A stretch of 64,000 nt of DNA, from assembly GCF_006345805.1 (NCBI RefSeq), contig NC_042999.1, positions 3,844,001 to 3,908,000 on the forward strand, in the 5' to 3' direction. Made by a program: the position numbers and the translations under genes. This document shows, piece by piece, positions 1-13,289 of this stretch. This DNA is from Octopus sinensis. Its lineage: Eukaryota. Every line of letters begins with the position of its first letter. Positions within the stretch are counted from its first letter, which is position 1. The notes under the pieces were generated by a model. That model searched no databases, was not told the origin of the DNA, and was given only the letters and a program-made list of their open reading frames with translations.

Positions 1-344
1 TTCTTGAGCAAAACACTTCATTTCATGTTGCTCCAGTCCATTCAAAAGATAAAAATGAGTGACAGACCAGCGTCTCATCCAGGGAGGAATATATACACCA
101 GAGAAACTAGAAAACTGGCCCTATGGTCCTTATTCAAGTAATGTTGACTAACTGGGTTTAATCATGCTGACCCCCACTTAACTTTGATATGAATTTAATG
201 CTTTAAAGTGATTTAAATTAAAAGTTTTCAACAAATTTTCAGGTTAATTCCTGCTCCAGTGTATTAATGAGTTATTTTACTAAATTCTTCTTTTTTTCCA
301 TAATTAACTGAAACAGAAAGCAATATATCTCAACAGAAACATGG

Positions 345-510
345 CGAAGGCAGCGAGCTGGCAGAAATGTTAGCACACCGGGTGAAATGCTTAGCGGTAT
401 TTCGTCTACCATTACGTTCTGAGTTCAAATTCTGCCAAGGTCGACTTTGCTTTTCATCCTTTTGGAGTCGATAAATTAAGTACCAGCTTAATTTATCCCT
501 TTGTTTGTCC
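345..510 (+). mobile_element. tRNA-derived SINE, family A (partial)
   Basis: Head ggcagcgagctggcagaa..ttagc with B-box-like gagttcaaattc, then ctttcatcctttNggggtcgataaattaagtaccag; the same sequence recurs more than 10 times in the window. Confidence 0.85.
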
Positions 511-1499
511 TTGGCTGGAACTTAAGTTTGAAACTGCTAATCTCTGAGTGTATCATTGAATGGTTGGTTGGACCAGTATCATCCTTAAGAGTTTATCCAA
601 TGTATTTTTTTTTTAATGTTTCAATAGAGGTCCCTTTTGTATTTCTAATTTCTTTACATAGGCAGTGAAAAAATATAGAAATTAACTCACTATTAAGCTG
701 ATTGTTTCAAACACAAATCAATATTAAATTATGATGGAAAATTTAAATTTTGATCATTATAAAATCTGAATTTTGTATCATATCATACATCATGCAGCTG
801 TCTCATTTAAGCTGGTATCAAAAGGATTAAGACTATATTATCACATATTCGCACAGATCTTTGCAGGAATATTTCTTACAATGTATACATGATATCAAAA
901 CCAAGCATTCTACCAAATTTATGGCAGGATTTAGCTTCTGGCACCAGTGCCTAACACCCACCTCACCCTAATATTTGTCCTTTTACTCTTCTACTTCTTC
1001 AAGTCAAACAAGATGCAAATACTAAATATTTAGAAAAAACGAAAAAGAAAATCGAAAACAGAAACAAATTCATATGAAACTCTATCTATTAGAAGAGCTA
1101 TCAATTTTGGTCCATCTTCCATGTTAATGATATGAAAGATTATTATATTAATAGTTCATATTACCTGCACAAATCAATGTATGACCATCATCAGCAGTAT
1201 TAGCCTCTATCCTCTATCTTCTCCTCTTCCTCATCATCATCATTATCATCATCATAATCATCGTAGGCATCGTTATGATTTGGTCATTGCTTTCACTACT
1301 AATGTAAACCAATAGTATTAATGAGAAAATGTCATTTTCGTTTAATGCAATTTGTTGTAACCAGGACTTTCATTTCAGTGGTGGGCGGCAGCTGGGTTGG
1401 GGATAGATTTCTGCTTAACTAATGAAGGTATAAGGGAAAACAAAAAAAAAGAGAAAAAGAGAAAAAAAAAAGAAAATACAAACAGAAAATTATTGATGA

Positions 1500-1750
1500 A
1501 ATGACGATGATGATGATGATGATGATGATATCCGTAATGATAGTCATAATGGTGACAACGGTGATGACAAAGATGATGCTAATGATTGATGATAATAATG
1601 ATGGTGATAACGATAACGAAAATGATTACAAATTTGAAAAATGATAACACCAACACTGATGATAACGATGACACTGGTGATGATGATGGTGATGATGATG
1701 GTGATGATGATGGTGATGATGATGGTGATGATGATGGTGATGATGATCAA
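1500..1750. repeat. (GAT)n/(GGT GAT)n low-complexity tract
   Basis: Imperfect trinucleotide repeats read directly. Confidence 0.95.
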
Positions 1751-1769
1751 GGTTGTTCTTAATTTCGAC

Positions 1770-2410
1770 ACAAGGCCAACAACTTAAGCGGGAGGGGGCT
1801 AATTGATTACATTGAATTCAGTACTTGACTGGTATTTCATCTTATCAACCCTCAAAGGATGAAAGGCAATGTTGACCTCAGTGGCATTTGAACATAGAAC
1901 GTATAGAGCCAAAAGCAATGTTGCTAGGCGTTTAGTTCGATTTACTAATGCTTCTGCCATCTTACTATCTTCGTAATAAACCTTCTGCTACAGATACTAA
2001 GCCTGAAACTTTGTGGGAGGGACTAATAGCTCAAATTGCCCCTAGTATATAGCTGGTACTTTATTTTATTGACCCTAGTAGGATGAAAGATAAAACTGAC
2101 TTTGGCAGGATTTGAACTCTGAATGTAAAGATCTAGAAGAAACACCATTAAACAGTTTATCAGATGTGGTAGTGATTCTGCCATCACATTGTCTTAATAA
2201 TAATCTTTTCCACTATAGGCACAAGGCCTGAAATTTGGGGGAAGGGGGTTAGTCGATTAGATCAACTCCAGTATACAACTAGTACTTAATTTATTGACCC
2301 TGAAAGCATAAAAGGCAAAGTTGATCTCAGCAGAATTTGAACTCAGAATGTAACGGCAGACTGCTAAACATTTCGCCCAGCGTGCTAACAATCCTGCCTG
2401 CTCACTGCCT
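1770..2410 (-). mobile_element. Cluster of three decayed family A SINE copies
   Basis: Three successive matches to the reverse complement of family A (gaccc..aaaggatgaaaggcaaagttgac..cagaatttgaactcagaa). Confidence 0.75.
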
Positions 2411-3363
2411 TTTTGCCTTAATAATAATAATGACAACAAGGAAGATTTTAATAATGATGATCATCACCATGATAATTAGTATCGACATAGTGATAACACC
2501 AATGATGACAAAGATGATAATGATTGTGGTGATGATATGGAAGATAGTAAAATGCTGGTGATGACAAAATTAAAGCCAGAGTATTAGTGATGATGATGAT
2601 GATTAATTCTTTTAAGCCAAATGAAATTTAAAATTTAAATTTACTTGAAAAGAAAAAAGTTTTTTAATACATTTTTTTACACTTGTATCTTTGTTTTTCA
2701 TTTTAATTTACTTGAATTAATTACTAATACAAGTGAACTACTTTGGTAAACAACCCTGCTTAAAACAGTCATGCTTAAGTTTATAGTACCATAACAGTTG
2801 TTTTATGCACTCGGGTGTGTATATATATGTGCATGAGAAAATATATGTAGTTATGTGAGTGTGTGTTTGTGTGTGTATGCACAATCAAATGCTCTTGTGG
2901 AGAGCACTCATGCTATGTCAACAAGCATGAACTCATATCCACTGCCCGGCACATTGAGCAAGTGCCTCTTCCTATAGCCCAGGGTCAACCAAAGCTTTGA
3001 GTTGACTTGGGAGACAGAAACTAAAACAAACCACACATACACATATGCACATGTGTATGTGCAAGTGTGTCTGCACATGTGAGTGCATCTGTGCATGTTG
3101 CAAGTGTGTCTGCTTACATTTGGACTTTTCCAAAAATCACTGAGCTACAAACGGTGACATAGTTGCTATTTCACTTATCAACACATCGTCCACTGGCTCT
3201 GCATGGCCATACAGAATAAGAGATCCTTTACTTGAAAAACAGGTAAGAGACAAGATGGACATCCAGCAGTAAAACAATACCTCAATATTATATTTGTCTA
3301 ACACATGTTAGCATGGGAGAAAATATGAATGCAAAATAAACAAATACACACACACACACACTC

Positions 3364-3530
3364 ATTATCATCATCATCATCATCGTTTAATGTCCGCTTT
3401 CCATGCTAGCATGGGTTGGACGATTTGACTGAGGTCTGGCAAACCAGATGGCTGCACCAGACTCCAATCTGATCTGGTAGAGTTTCTACAGCTGGATGCC
3501 CTTTCTAATGCCAACCACTCCGAGAGTGGT
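3364..3530 (-). mobile_element. RTE-type LINE 3' end (family E), 5'-truncated
   Basis: (CAT)n-cgtttaatgtccgctttccatgctagcatgg..ggatgccct; (GAT)n tail on the minus strand; truncated at a (TA)n tract. Confidence 0.8.
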
Positions 3531-3568
3531 GTGTATATATATATAATATATATTAGTATATATTATAC

Positions 3569-3650
<82 letters not shown>

Positions 3651-3654
3651 CTAT

Positions 3655-3716
<62 letters not shown>

Positions 3717-3717
3717 G

Positions 3718-3772
<55 letters not shown>

Positions 3773-3775
3773 CAA
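3531..3775. repeat. (TA)n microsatellite
   Basis: About 245 bp of imperfect TA repeat. Confidence 0.97.
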
Positions 3776-4528
3776 TTTATATATTTTAAAAGTGGGGCAG
3801 GCCAGTTTATGGGATTACCTTAGGTTCCTTTCCATAAAGGGTTTAGTTTTATGGCATATCAGATCCCTAAAACCTGTTGCTTTTTGGGATCTGATGATAT
3901 GCCATAAAGCTAAACCATTTATGTGATTAAATCAGAGTTTTGACTGTTATTTCGAGCAGGTAGACATACTTAGTATGTCCTTTGATTAATTATATATATG
4001 TATGTATAATTATATGTTTGCACAATGTTTATATTTACTGATTCCGTTCTCAAGATAATGGTCAACTGAGACCATAATGGAAAAAAATAATCTGAGGTGC
4101 ACTTTGATAGGATTGAACCTAGAGCAGCATGAATGCAAAGCAAACTTTCTAACTTCCGGGTCATTTTCTGCCAAAGTAGCAAAAATGAATAACAATAATA
4201 TATTGGTGTGGATTAATTGACCAACTCATCTCCTCAAGTGTTGGCCTTGTACAAAAAGAAAATGAAATCAATATTATTATCTATGAGTTTGGTATAATTA
4301 TCACATTTATTATAGTTAGAATTCATAGCTTTTATCAACACCTTCAGGTTATGAATGGGTGCTAATACTTCAAAGGCCATTTTCACCACAGAAACATTGT
4401 TAGAAAAACTTGTGACATAAAATTTGAGTTAAGCCAAATGTTAAGATAAGACACTTTCTCTTTGATTGAAACATCTGGGTTCAGCAGTAATAGTTCATTG
4501 GAAATAAATATTATTAAAGCTTTACCTA

Positions 4529-4885
4529 AGGCAGAATCGTTAGCACATCAGGTAAAATGCTTAGCAGTATTTCGTCTGCCATTGTTCTGAGTTCAAATTC
4601 CGCCGAGGTAGACTTTGCCTTTCATCCTTTCGGGGTCGGTAAATTAAGTACCAGTTACACACTGGGGTCGATATAATCGACTTAATCCATTTGTCTCTCC
4701 TTGTTTGTCCCCTCTGTGTTTACCCTCTTGTGGGTAGTAAAGAAATAAGTATTTCGTCTGCCACTACATTCTGAGTTCAAATTCTACCAGGGTCGATTAA
4801 ATAAGTACCAGTTATGCACTGGGGTTGATGTAATCGACTTAATCCCTTCCCTCAACTTCGAGGCCTTGCGCTTCCAGTGGAAAGG
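4529..4885 (+). mobile_element. Family A SINE with internally duplicated body (dimer)
   Basis: Head followed by two tatttcgtctgcc..gagttcaaattc..gtcgat..agtaccagtta units. Confidence 0.8.
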
Positions 4886-5032
4886 CTTATTGAATCTTTA
4901 CTTCACTTCAGATAATTTGAGACTATTGAAGAATTTAGTAAAATAACTTTGTCATAATTAAGTTGGTGTCTGGAACAAATTAAAAGGAAATTTTGATGAA
5001 AAGTTTTAATCCAGCTCACTTTAAAACAGGAT

Positions 5033-5352
5033 ATCATCATCATCATCATCATCGTTTAATGTCCGTTCTCCTTGCTAGCATGGGTTGGACGGTTCGGCCG
5101 GGAATCTGGGAAGCCAGAAGGCTGCACCAGGCTCCAGTCTTATCTGGCAATGTTTCTACAGCTGGATGCCCTTCCTAACGCCAACCACTCCGTGAGTGTA
5201 GTGGGTGCTTTTTACGTGCCACCTGCACAGGTGCCAGGCGAGGCTGGCATCGGCCACAGTCGGATTGGTGCATTTTACGTGCCACCGGCACGGAAGCCAG
5301 TCGAGGCGGCACTGGCATCGGCCATGATTCGGATGGTGCTTTTTACGTGCCA
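5033..5352 (-). mobile_element. Family E RTE-type 3' end with repeated internal modules
   Basis: Same tail as the other E copies plus three ggtgc(t/a)ttttacgtgcca modules. Confidence 0.8.
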
Positions 5353-5899
5353 TCAAAACAAAAAAAAATTATAAAACAGGTCGGCTCTCAGGCAGATTGA
5401 TATCAAAAACATTACGGTTGGATTCTTCAAACAGTTAATCATTAATAAACCATTATCATCATTCCATCATTTAGCATCTGCCTTTCTTGTTCTGGCATGA
5501 GCAGATTGATTCCACAGGGTTTGGTAACAGTTCTGATGTGTATTATGGCAGGATTTTCTATTGTTGTCTGGTCTTCCAAATGCCAACCAGAGGATACTGG
5601 TCGCATTCTTTTTTATGGCACAAGCCATAATGAAGTTGCCAAGTAACTCACTAGATAAAATATACCTTTACCTGAAGGTAGGCATAACAGAGAGAGAGAG
5701 AGAGTTTTGTGTTCAGTGTGGTGAGGCTGAAGCACGACAGGGGGACAGTAACAGATGTTTTGCTGTAGAGATACATAGCTACCCTACGTTATTTACCTAT
5801 CAACATAATGAATGTAAATGGGAGTATTGGATAACGTCATCAGCCAGGTGTCCTTTCTGCATCCAACTTTTGGATTGAAAGACTCCAGTTCCTACTGCT

Positions 5900-6290
5900 T
5901 TATTTTCTGTCTTTCATTTGCTTCAGTCATTAGACTACAGCCCCGCTTGAAGAATCTTTGTCAACAAATCACCCCCCCCCCCCTCAATACTTACTTTTCT
6001 GAAGCCTGATACTTGTTTCTATCAGACTATTTTGCCAAACTGCTAAGTTACAGGGACCAACACTGTCTGTCAAGCGATGTTGGGGGAGAAACACACACAC
6101 ACACACACACACAAAAACACACACATTTCAAGCTTCTTTCAGTTTCCACCTACCATATCTCTTCACAAGACTTTGGTCGACCCAAGGCCATAGCAGAAGT
6201 CATTTACCCAAGGTGCCATGTACTGGGACTGAATCAGGAACCAAGTATTTGGAAAGTAAGCTTCTTACCACACAACCATAACCCTGCCAA
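5900..6290 (-). mobile_element. tRNA-derived SINE, family B
   Basis: Reverse complement of the family B body (tttcagtttcc..ctttggtcgacccaaggc..cccaaggtgcca..gggactgaa). Confidence 0.8.
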
Positions 6291-6346
6291 TGTGCAAAGA
6301 GAGAGAGAGAGAGAGAGAGATTCACATCTACCAAACCCACATTTAC

Positions 6347-6431
6347 CAAAATCTACATGAATCCTCTTCTAAAAACCCTGGGACTAGCATCTTCATTCTA
6401 TATGCAGATCTTATCCAACCAATATCCACAT
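6347..6431 (-). CDS. Candidate internal coding exon, unknown protein: (D)VDIGWIRSAYRMKMLVPGFLEEDSCRF
   Basis: Acceptor tgaatttcag, donor tg|gtaaat, 85 nt, one frame open and two with stops, in non-repeat sequence. No homology recognised. Confidence 0.3.
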
Positions 6432-7824
6432 CTGAAATTCAATGTATAGAAATATATTCTTCTATTGAAAGTCTCCTCCTAGAAAGGTCAATGACATATT
6501 CTACATTGGTTTAAAAATGGAATTCATCCAATATTATTCTATTTTGATTTGTATCTAATAACTTTGATACAAGTCGAAATGTCAGTTACAAATCAGGATG
6601 CCATTTAGAAAGATTTTAATAAAATGATATTTTCAAAAGAAAACAAAGCAAAAAAAAAAAAAATTAAAATTGAAAAGCTAATGAAGAAAAATCATAAACT
6701 CTAACTAGTAAAAGAGGAAAACAGTACATATGTGTGTGTGTGTGAATATATATATATATATATATACACATAGACACACACACACACACACACACGCACG
6801 CACACACACACACACAAGCACACAAACGTTCATGTGTGTGTGTGTCCAATGGTGAGCTGCCAAGATTTAACAACCAGTTCACACAGCTGCCAAAGTTTTG
6901 AGAGTCATTTTGCTACGCTACCAAACTTTTAAACACCAATTCTATGTAAAAAAAAAAAATTAGAAGTTCAACAACATAATATAGCTTCATTAATGTAATA
7001 TTAAAATAGGCAAAAAGCCTGGAATAAAAGGAAATGGTCTGTATTGGTAAAAAATCAGTCAATACAAGATATGAAAAATTGGTGAAATTTATTTGTCATG
7101 AATCTTGCAGAATATGTTGCATTGTTTTGGTCATTTGTCTGAGAGTAAGGAAATGAGGAATATAAACTGAAGATGATGTATTGATTAGATGAGGATGGGA
7201 ATTGCCAAGCAAGAGGAGTGGTATAAGAGGTTAAGAACTGAAGGAGGTGAAGAGATGAAGAAAGATAAAAAATTTGGACAGAGAGGGCCATAAAGATATA
7301 CATGAAACAACCAGAAAAAATGATGCAATTAGGATATCAGGGTTAAAGTGTTGTAGTGAAAAGAATGGTGGGATAGAAGCTTCAAAACATATATATGTGT
7401 GCAGGGGTATAATGTGTGTGAGTGTGTGTGTATGTAGGCACAGGAGTGGTTGTGTGATAAGTAGCTTGTTTACGATGATGATGATGATGGTTCCAGGTTC
7501 AGTCCCACTGTGTGGCACCTTGGACAAGTGTCTTCTATATAGCCTCAGGCCAATCAAAGCCTTGTGAGTGGATTTGGGAGACAGAAACTGAAAGAAGCCC
7601 ATCGTATATGTGTGTGTGTGTGTGTATTTGTGTGTCTATTTTCTCCCTTATCAATGCTTGACAACCAATGTTGGTGGGTTTACATTCTCATAAGTCAGTG
7701 ATTTGGCAAAAGAGACTGATAGAACAAGTACTAGAGGTCAATTTGTTCAACTAAAAAGGCAGTGCTCCAGCATGGCCACAGTCAAATGACTGAAACAAAT
7801 AAAAGAATTAAAAAAAGAAAAATG

Positions 7825-8047
7825 TATGACCCTTCTGTCTGGCAGTCGCCATGATAGATCGGTAGCCACTACACACATTTTTTTTCTCTCCTTGTTTCTC
7901 TCCGTGTTTTTTTTTTCTGTGTCCCTTTCTGTAGAAGAGCGTAGACTCAAAACGTAAAAGATTTTTTCTATTCCTGAGCGTTATACTAATACATCTGTTT
8001 GTTTTGCACACCATCTGTCTTCATCTTTTATTTTTTTCGTGAACTCT

Positions 8048-8050
<3 letters not shown>
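7825..8050 (+). mobile_element. Penelope-like terminal repeat fragment (family P1); second copy ~9290-9515, relative at ~55672-55870
   Basis: Shared ctttctgtNgaagagcgtag(g/a)ctc(g/a)aaac(g/a)taaaag motif followed by a T-rich 3' part ending in (TA)n; the class assignment is inferred from the hammerhead-like motif. Confidence 0.5.
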
Positions 8051-8119
<69 letters not shown>

Positions 8120-8479
8120 TTTGGTGATGCAAACAAGAAGACATGTTTATTTTGTTAATAATTGGCAGAAGTTACAGCATGACCCAGGGGCTGAGAGTTT
8201 TATGCATTTGATAAGTGCCAAGGCACACAAAAATCTCAGCCCTTGACAATAACTTCTGCCAATTATTAATAAAAAGACACAAGGCTTTGATTGGCCTGGG
8301 GTGCCTCACAGTGGGACTGAACCCAGAACCATTGGTTGGGAAGCAAACTTCCGGCTACACAGCCACAAAGATCACACAACAAGCCAAGACATGTCAAGAA
8401 ATTCAGTCATGCTTTCATGGTGGATGCAAGCAAACAACACTATCCATGAACACTCCGAGAAACAAGGGAAATACAAACT

Positions 8480-8591
8480 CAAACACACATATGTACACAC
8501 AAACACACACACACACAAACACACACACACAAACACACACACACAAACACACACATACACACACACACAAACACACACAAACACACACACA

Positions 8592-8653
<62 letters not shown>

Positions 8654-8855
8654 CAAATACACACACACACAAGCACACACACACACACACACAAACACAC
8701 ACAACACACACACCACAACACACACACAAACACACAGACACACACACAAACACACACACACACACACACACCACACACACACACAAACACACACACATGC
8801 GCACGCACACAAACACACACACACACGCGCATGCGCACACACAAATACACACACA
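8480..8855. repeat. Compound (CA)n microsatellite (duplicated at ~9930-10335)
   Basis: Direct reading. Confidence 0.97.
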
Positions 8856-9512
8856 GGTTTCTTTCAGTTTCTATCCACCAAATCCACTGACAAGGTTTTG
8901 GTCAGATGCCATACAGTGGGACTGAACCCCAAACCATTTGACTGGGAAACAAAATTCTTAATGACACAGTCTTGTCTGTAATTAGTTAAGTAGTTTCATT
9001 GTTCAAACAATAGGAATAATCACCAGAGAATTAAAATCACCAGAGAATCCACTTATTCTGTTTTATTGCATTGTAATGTGTGTGTGTGTGTATTTGTGTG
9101 TCTATTTTCTCCCTTATCAATGCTTGACAACCAATGTTGGTGGGTTTACATTCTCATAAGTCAGTGATTTGGCAAAAGAGACTGATAGAACAAGTACTAG
9201 AGGTCAATTTGTTCAACTAAAAAGGCAGTGCTCCAGCATGGCCACAGTCAAATGACTGAAACAAATAAAAGAATTAAAAAAAGAAAAATGTATGACCCTT
9301 CTGTCTGGCAGTCGCCATGATAGATCGGTAGCCACTACACACATTTTTTTTCTCTCCTTGTTTCTCTCCGTGTTTTTTTTTCTGTGTCCCTTTCTGTAGA
9401 AGAGCATAGACTCAAAACGTAAAAGATTTTTTCTATTCCTGAGCGTTATACTAATACATCTGTTTGTTTTGCACACCATCTGTCTTCATCTTTTATTTTT
9501 TTCGTGAACTCT

Positions 9513-9561
<49 letters not shown>

Positions 9562-10115
9562 TTTGGTGATGCAAACAAGAAGACATGTTTATTTTGTTAA
9601 TAATTGGCAGAAGTTACAGCGTGACCCAGGGGCTGAGAGTTTTATGCATTTGATAAGTGCCAAGGCACACAAAAATCTCAGCCCTTGACAATAACTTCTG
9701 CCAATTATTAATAAAAAGACACAAGGCTTTGATTGGCCTGGGGTGCCTCACAGTGGGACTGAACCCAGAACCATTGGTTGGGAAGCAAACTTCCGGCTAC
9801 ACAGCCACAAAGATCACACAACAAGCCAAGACATGTCAAGAAATTCAGTCATGCTTTCATGGTGGATGCAAGCAAACAACACTATCCATGAACACTCCGA
9901 GAAACAAGGGAAATACAAACTCAAACACACATATGTACACACAAACACACACACACAACAAACACACACACACAAACACACACACACAAACACACACATA
10001 CACACACACACAAACACACACAAACACACACACAACAACACACACACACACACACACCACAAACACACACACCACACAAACACACACCACACACACACAA
10101 ATACACACACACACA

Positions 10116-10148
<33 letters not shown>

Positions 10149-10211
10149 CACACACAAACACACACACACAACAACACACACACACACACAAACACACACA
10201 CAAACACACAC

Positions 10212-10243
<32 letters not shown>

Positions 10244-10688
10244 AACACACACACACACAACACACACAAACACACACACAACACACACAACACAAACACA
10301 CACACACGCGCATGCGCACACACAAATACACACACAGGTTTCTTTCAGTTTCTATCCACCAAATCCACTGACAAGGTTTTGGTCAGATGCCATACAGTGG
10401 GACTGAACCCCAAACCATTTGACTGGGAAACAAAATTCTTAATGACACAGTCTTGTCTGTAATTAGTTAAGTAGTTTCATTGTTCAAACAATAGGAATAA
10501 TCACCAGAGAATTAAAATCACCAGAGAATCCACTTATTCTGTTTTATTGCATTGTAATGTGTGTGTGTGTGGTTACTCCTTAATTAAAAATGAGTTATGA
10601 CCACAGAAGAAAACATTTTGTTACTGATATATACAGAATTTTATCTTCAATTACTAATGTAACATTTAACAAAATATCTGATATAATA

Positions 10689-10851
10689 GGCGCAGGAGTG
10701 GCTGTGTGGTAAGTAGCTTGCTTCCCAACCACATGGTTCCAGGTTCAGTCCCATTGCATGGCACCTTGGGCAAGTGTTTTCTACTATAGCCTTGGGCCAA
10801 TCAAAGCCTTGTGAGTGGATTTGATAGATGGAAACTGAAAGAAGCCCATCG

Positions 10852-10886
<35 letters not shown>

Positions 10887-11096
10887 ATGTTTGTGTGTCT
10901 GTGTTTGTCCCCCCAACATTACTTGACAACCGATGCTGGTGTGTTTACGTCCCCGTCACTTAGCAGTTCAGCAAGAGAGACTGATATAATAAGTACTAGG
11001 CTTACAAAGAATAAGTCCTGGGGTCGATTTGCTCGACTAAAGGCGGTGCTACAGCATGGCCGTAGTCAAATGATTGAAAAACAAATAAAAGAAGAA
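10689..11096 (+). mobile_element. Full-length family B SINE
   Basis: tRNA-like head with A box tggctgtgtgg and B box ggttcagtcc, central ccttgggcaagtg, internal (TA)(TG)n, tail caaatgattgaaaacaaataaaaga. Confidence 0.9.
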
Positions 11097-11811
11097 TATT
11101 CATCTTTTTACACAGTTGAAGGGACTCATGTACTGAATGTTGTTCCCCTTATTTCTGAGATGGCTTGCTCCCTTGATCTCTAGCATCTAAGCCATATTCA
11201 GAGTCATCTGTCTGTCTGATAATCTTTCTTTAATTGACAACCTGACTACTTTCAGTTTCTGGTTCCTCAAGAACCCACACCACACCATGCCAGAGTATCT
11301 TCAATGATCTTCAACAATTCCTTATGTCAGTTTATCTTCTGCAATTACAATGACATCTATTCTAAAACAGATAACAGTAGCCACACTCCAGAACTCTTAC
11401 ACTGCACTTGCCTATCTGCTTCTTAAATACCACCATGTTGTTTTTCCTGTGAATCTTAGATGAAGTAATACTTATAGTTTTTTTCAACCTTAGCACTTCA
11501 AGATTCCTTCTGTTACTAGATTTTCCCACAATAGAAATTAAATTCCATTACAGCAATTGTATTTAACACACTTAACAGCATCTTCATGGTTTAAAATAGA
11601 ACCTTATCTCTAGGCTAAAAGTATTTGTCTTCCTTGAAGACAAAAGAAAAGAAATTTAAGATGTATTTTAGATTATCCTAAGATTATACTAGATATAATA
11701 AAAAAAATGGGGGATTTCTACAATTTTCTTTATATGCAATTTAGAAATTTCTTTCTGATCACATATTCATCAAAAATATTGTTGACATTCAATAAAACTG
11801 AACATTTAGTT

Positions 11812-12226
11812 GGAGTGGCTGTGTGGTAAGTAGCTTGCTTACCAACCACATGGTGCTGGGTTCAGTCCCACTGCGTGGCACTTTGGGCAAGTGTCTTCTA
11901 CTATAGCCTCGGGCCGACCAAAGCTTTGTGAGTGGATTTGGTAGACGGAAACTGAAAGAAGCTCGTTGTATATATGTATATGTATATATATATATGCGTG
12001 TGTGTATATGTTTGTGTGTCTGTGTTTGTCCCCCCAACATCTCTTGACAACAGATGCTGGTGTGTTTACCTCCCCTGTTACTTAGTGGTTTGGCAAAAGA
12101 GACCAATAGAATAAGTACTAGGCTTACAAAGAATAAGTCCTGGGGTCGATTTGCTTGACTAAAAGTGGTGCTCCAGTATGGCCACAGTCAAATGACTGAA
12201 ACAATTAAAAGAGTAAAGAGAAAAGA
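11812..12226 (+). mobile_element. Full-length family B SINE
   Basis: Co-linear with 10689-11096. Confidence 0.9.
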
Positions 12227-12487
12227 GTATTGTATTGATAACTTCTTTCAAACCAAAATTCTGCAAAAAGCACCAAGATATTTTTCCCCGTGTAAGAGGC
12301 AACAGAGAAGGAAAAAAAGACAATCACAAACATTCATTGATACAAAATTTGTTGAATATGAGACTTATTAAATGAAATTCTTACCTAAACTTCAATAGAA
12401 AGATGTGGGTGGAAATCTACATCTGAACCCAAAAGTGCAGCATGCGGCAGAAAGAAATAACTGCGTAAAGTATATTGTAGCACTTAC

Positions 12488-12546
12488 AAGTTTTTAATTG
12501 TCAGATTGAATAACAAACGCCAGCTTCGAGTGTCATCATAGGAAGT
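12488..12546 (-). CDS. Candidate coding exon TSYDDTRSWRLLFNLTIKN
   Basis: Acceptor tctgtttcaaag, strong donor tt|gtaagt, 59 nt, open frame; protein-like but unrecognised. Confidence 0.25.
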
Positions 12547-13289
12547 CTTTGAAACAGACTACATGCTTTAAGGAATAATTTTGCATAATAGACAGCAAAG
12601 AAATGAATTATATCAAAATACAATGAAAATAAAATTCAGGAATACAATAAATAAAAATTATGTTTAAAGCATTGTAACAGACTTTCTACTGAGTATCATG
12701 AAGTTTACAAATTCCATCCCAGGAATTGTGCTTCATTAGACAACTATTCATAGAACAAATTTATTTCCATTTTCATGTATGTTAGCTGAAGAAAAAAGGG
12801 AGAAATTTCTATTAAAAAGTGATATAAAAAAATAATTCCGGGTTTTGCAACTACAATGAGCATCTCATTCTTATCTCACAACTTTTATATTTGTGTAATT
12901 TTTATTTGCTATTTTGGTTTGTTTGATACCTAAGAAAGTGTCGTATGCAGAAAAACTGTGCTGGTTTGATCACCCATAGGCATGAAAGGGGAGAGGTAAC
13001 CAAATATAGCACTCAGCTTCCATCATCAACATCATCCAAAGAAAATTGGTGGGTTAACAATATTCAAAACAGGATCTGAAACAATTCAGTTTAAATTCTT
13101 GGCTTTCACAAAAAACAGGAACAATGTAGAATTATCATGTAATGTTGCTGATGTTTAGTCACAGATCAATTCTGATGAAGCTGGCTCATGATGAAATGCA
13201 TTCCAATCATTACCATTTCCACCTACTTCTGTGTAATAGACCCAAGATTATGCTATCTTATGTGGTATTCTTTAAAAAAAAACTTTAAG

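Larger units (their letters stand above)
7608..10570. repeat. Tandem duplication of a ~1.45-1.48 kb unit (copies ~7608-9077 and ~9078-10570)
   Basis: Near-identical unique and SINE sequence at offsets 1442-1481; junctions lie in (TG)n tracts. Confidence 0.95.

Noticed and set aside
1165-1420. Minus-strand exon-like segment with an acidic D/E run
   Set aside because: Stops in all frames; the acidic run comes from a (CAT)n microsatellite.
3531-3775. Tyr/Ile-rich ORFs (also at 18.7-18.9, 44.1-44.2, 49.0-49.2 and 56.3-56.6 kb)
   Set aside because: Translation of (TA)n and related microsatellites.
5072-5374. Recurrent LQLDALPNANHS and ASFSFRLPNPLT peptides in many ORFs
   Set aside because: They are translations of family E and family B repeat copies, not a protein family.
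8215-10462. Longest ORFs in the track (226-249 aa, His/Thr- or Cys/Val-rich)
   Set aside because: They are read-throughs of (CA)n/(TG)n microsatellites and SINE fragments, and appear twice because of the tandem duplication.
13170-13205. CTGATGA...GAAA hammerhead-like core
   Set aside because: No convincing stems I, II or III and no properly placed cleavage triplet.
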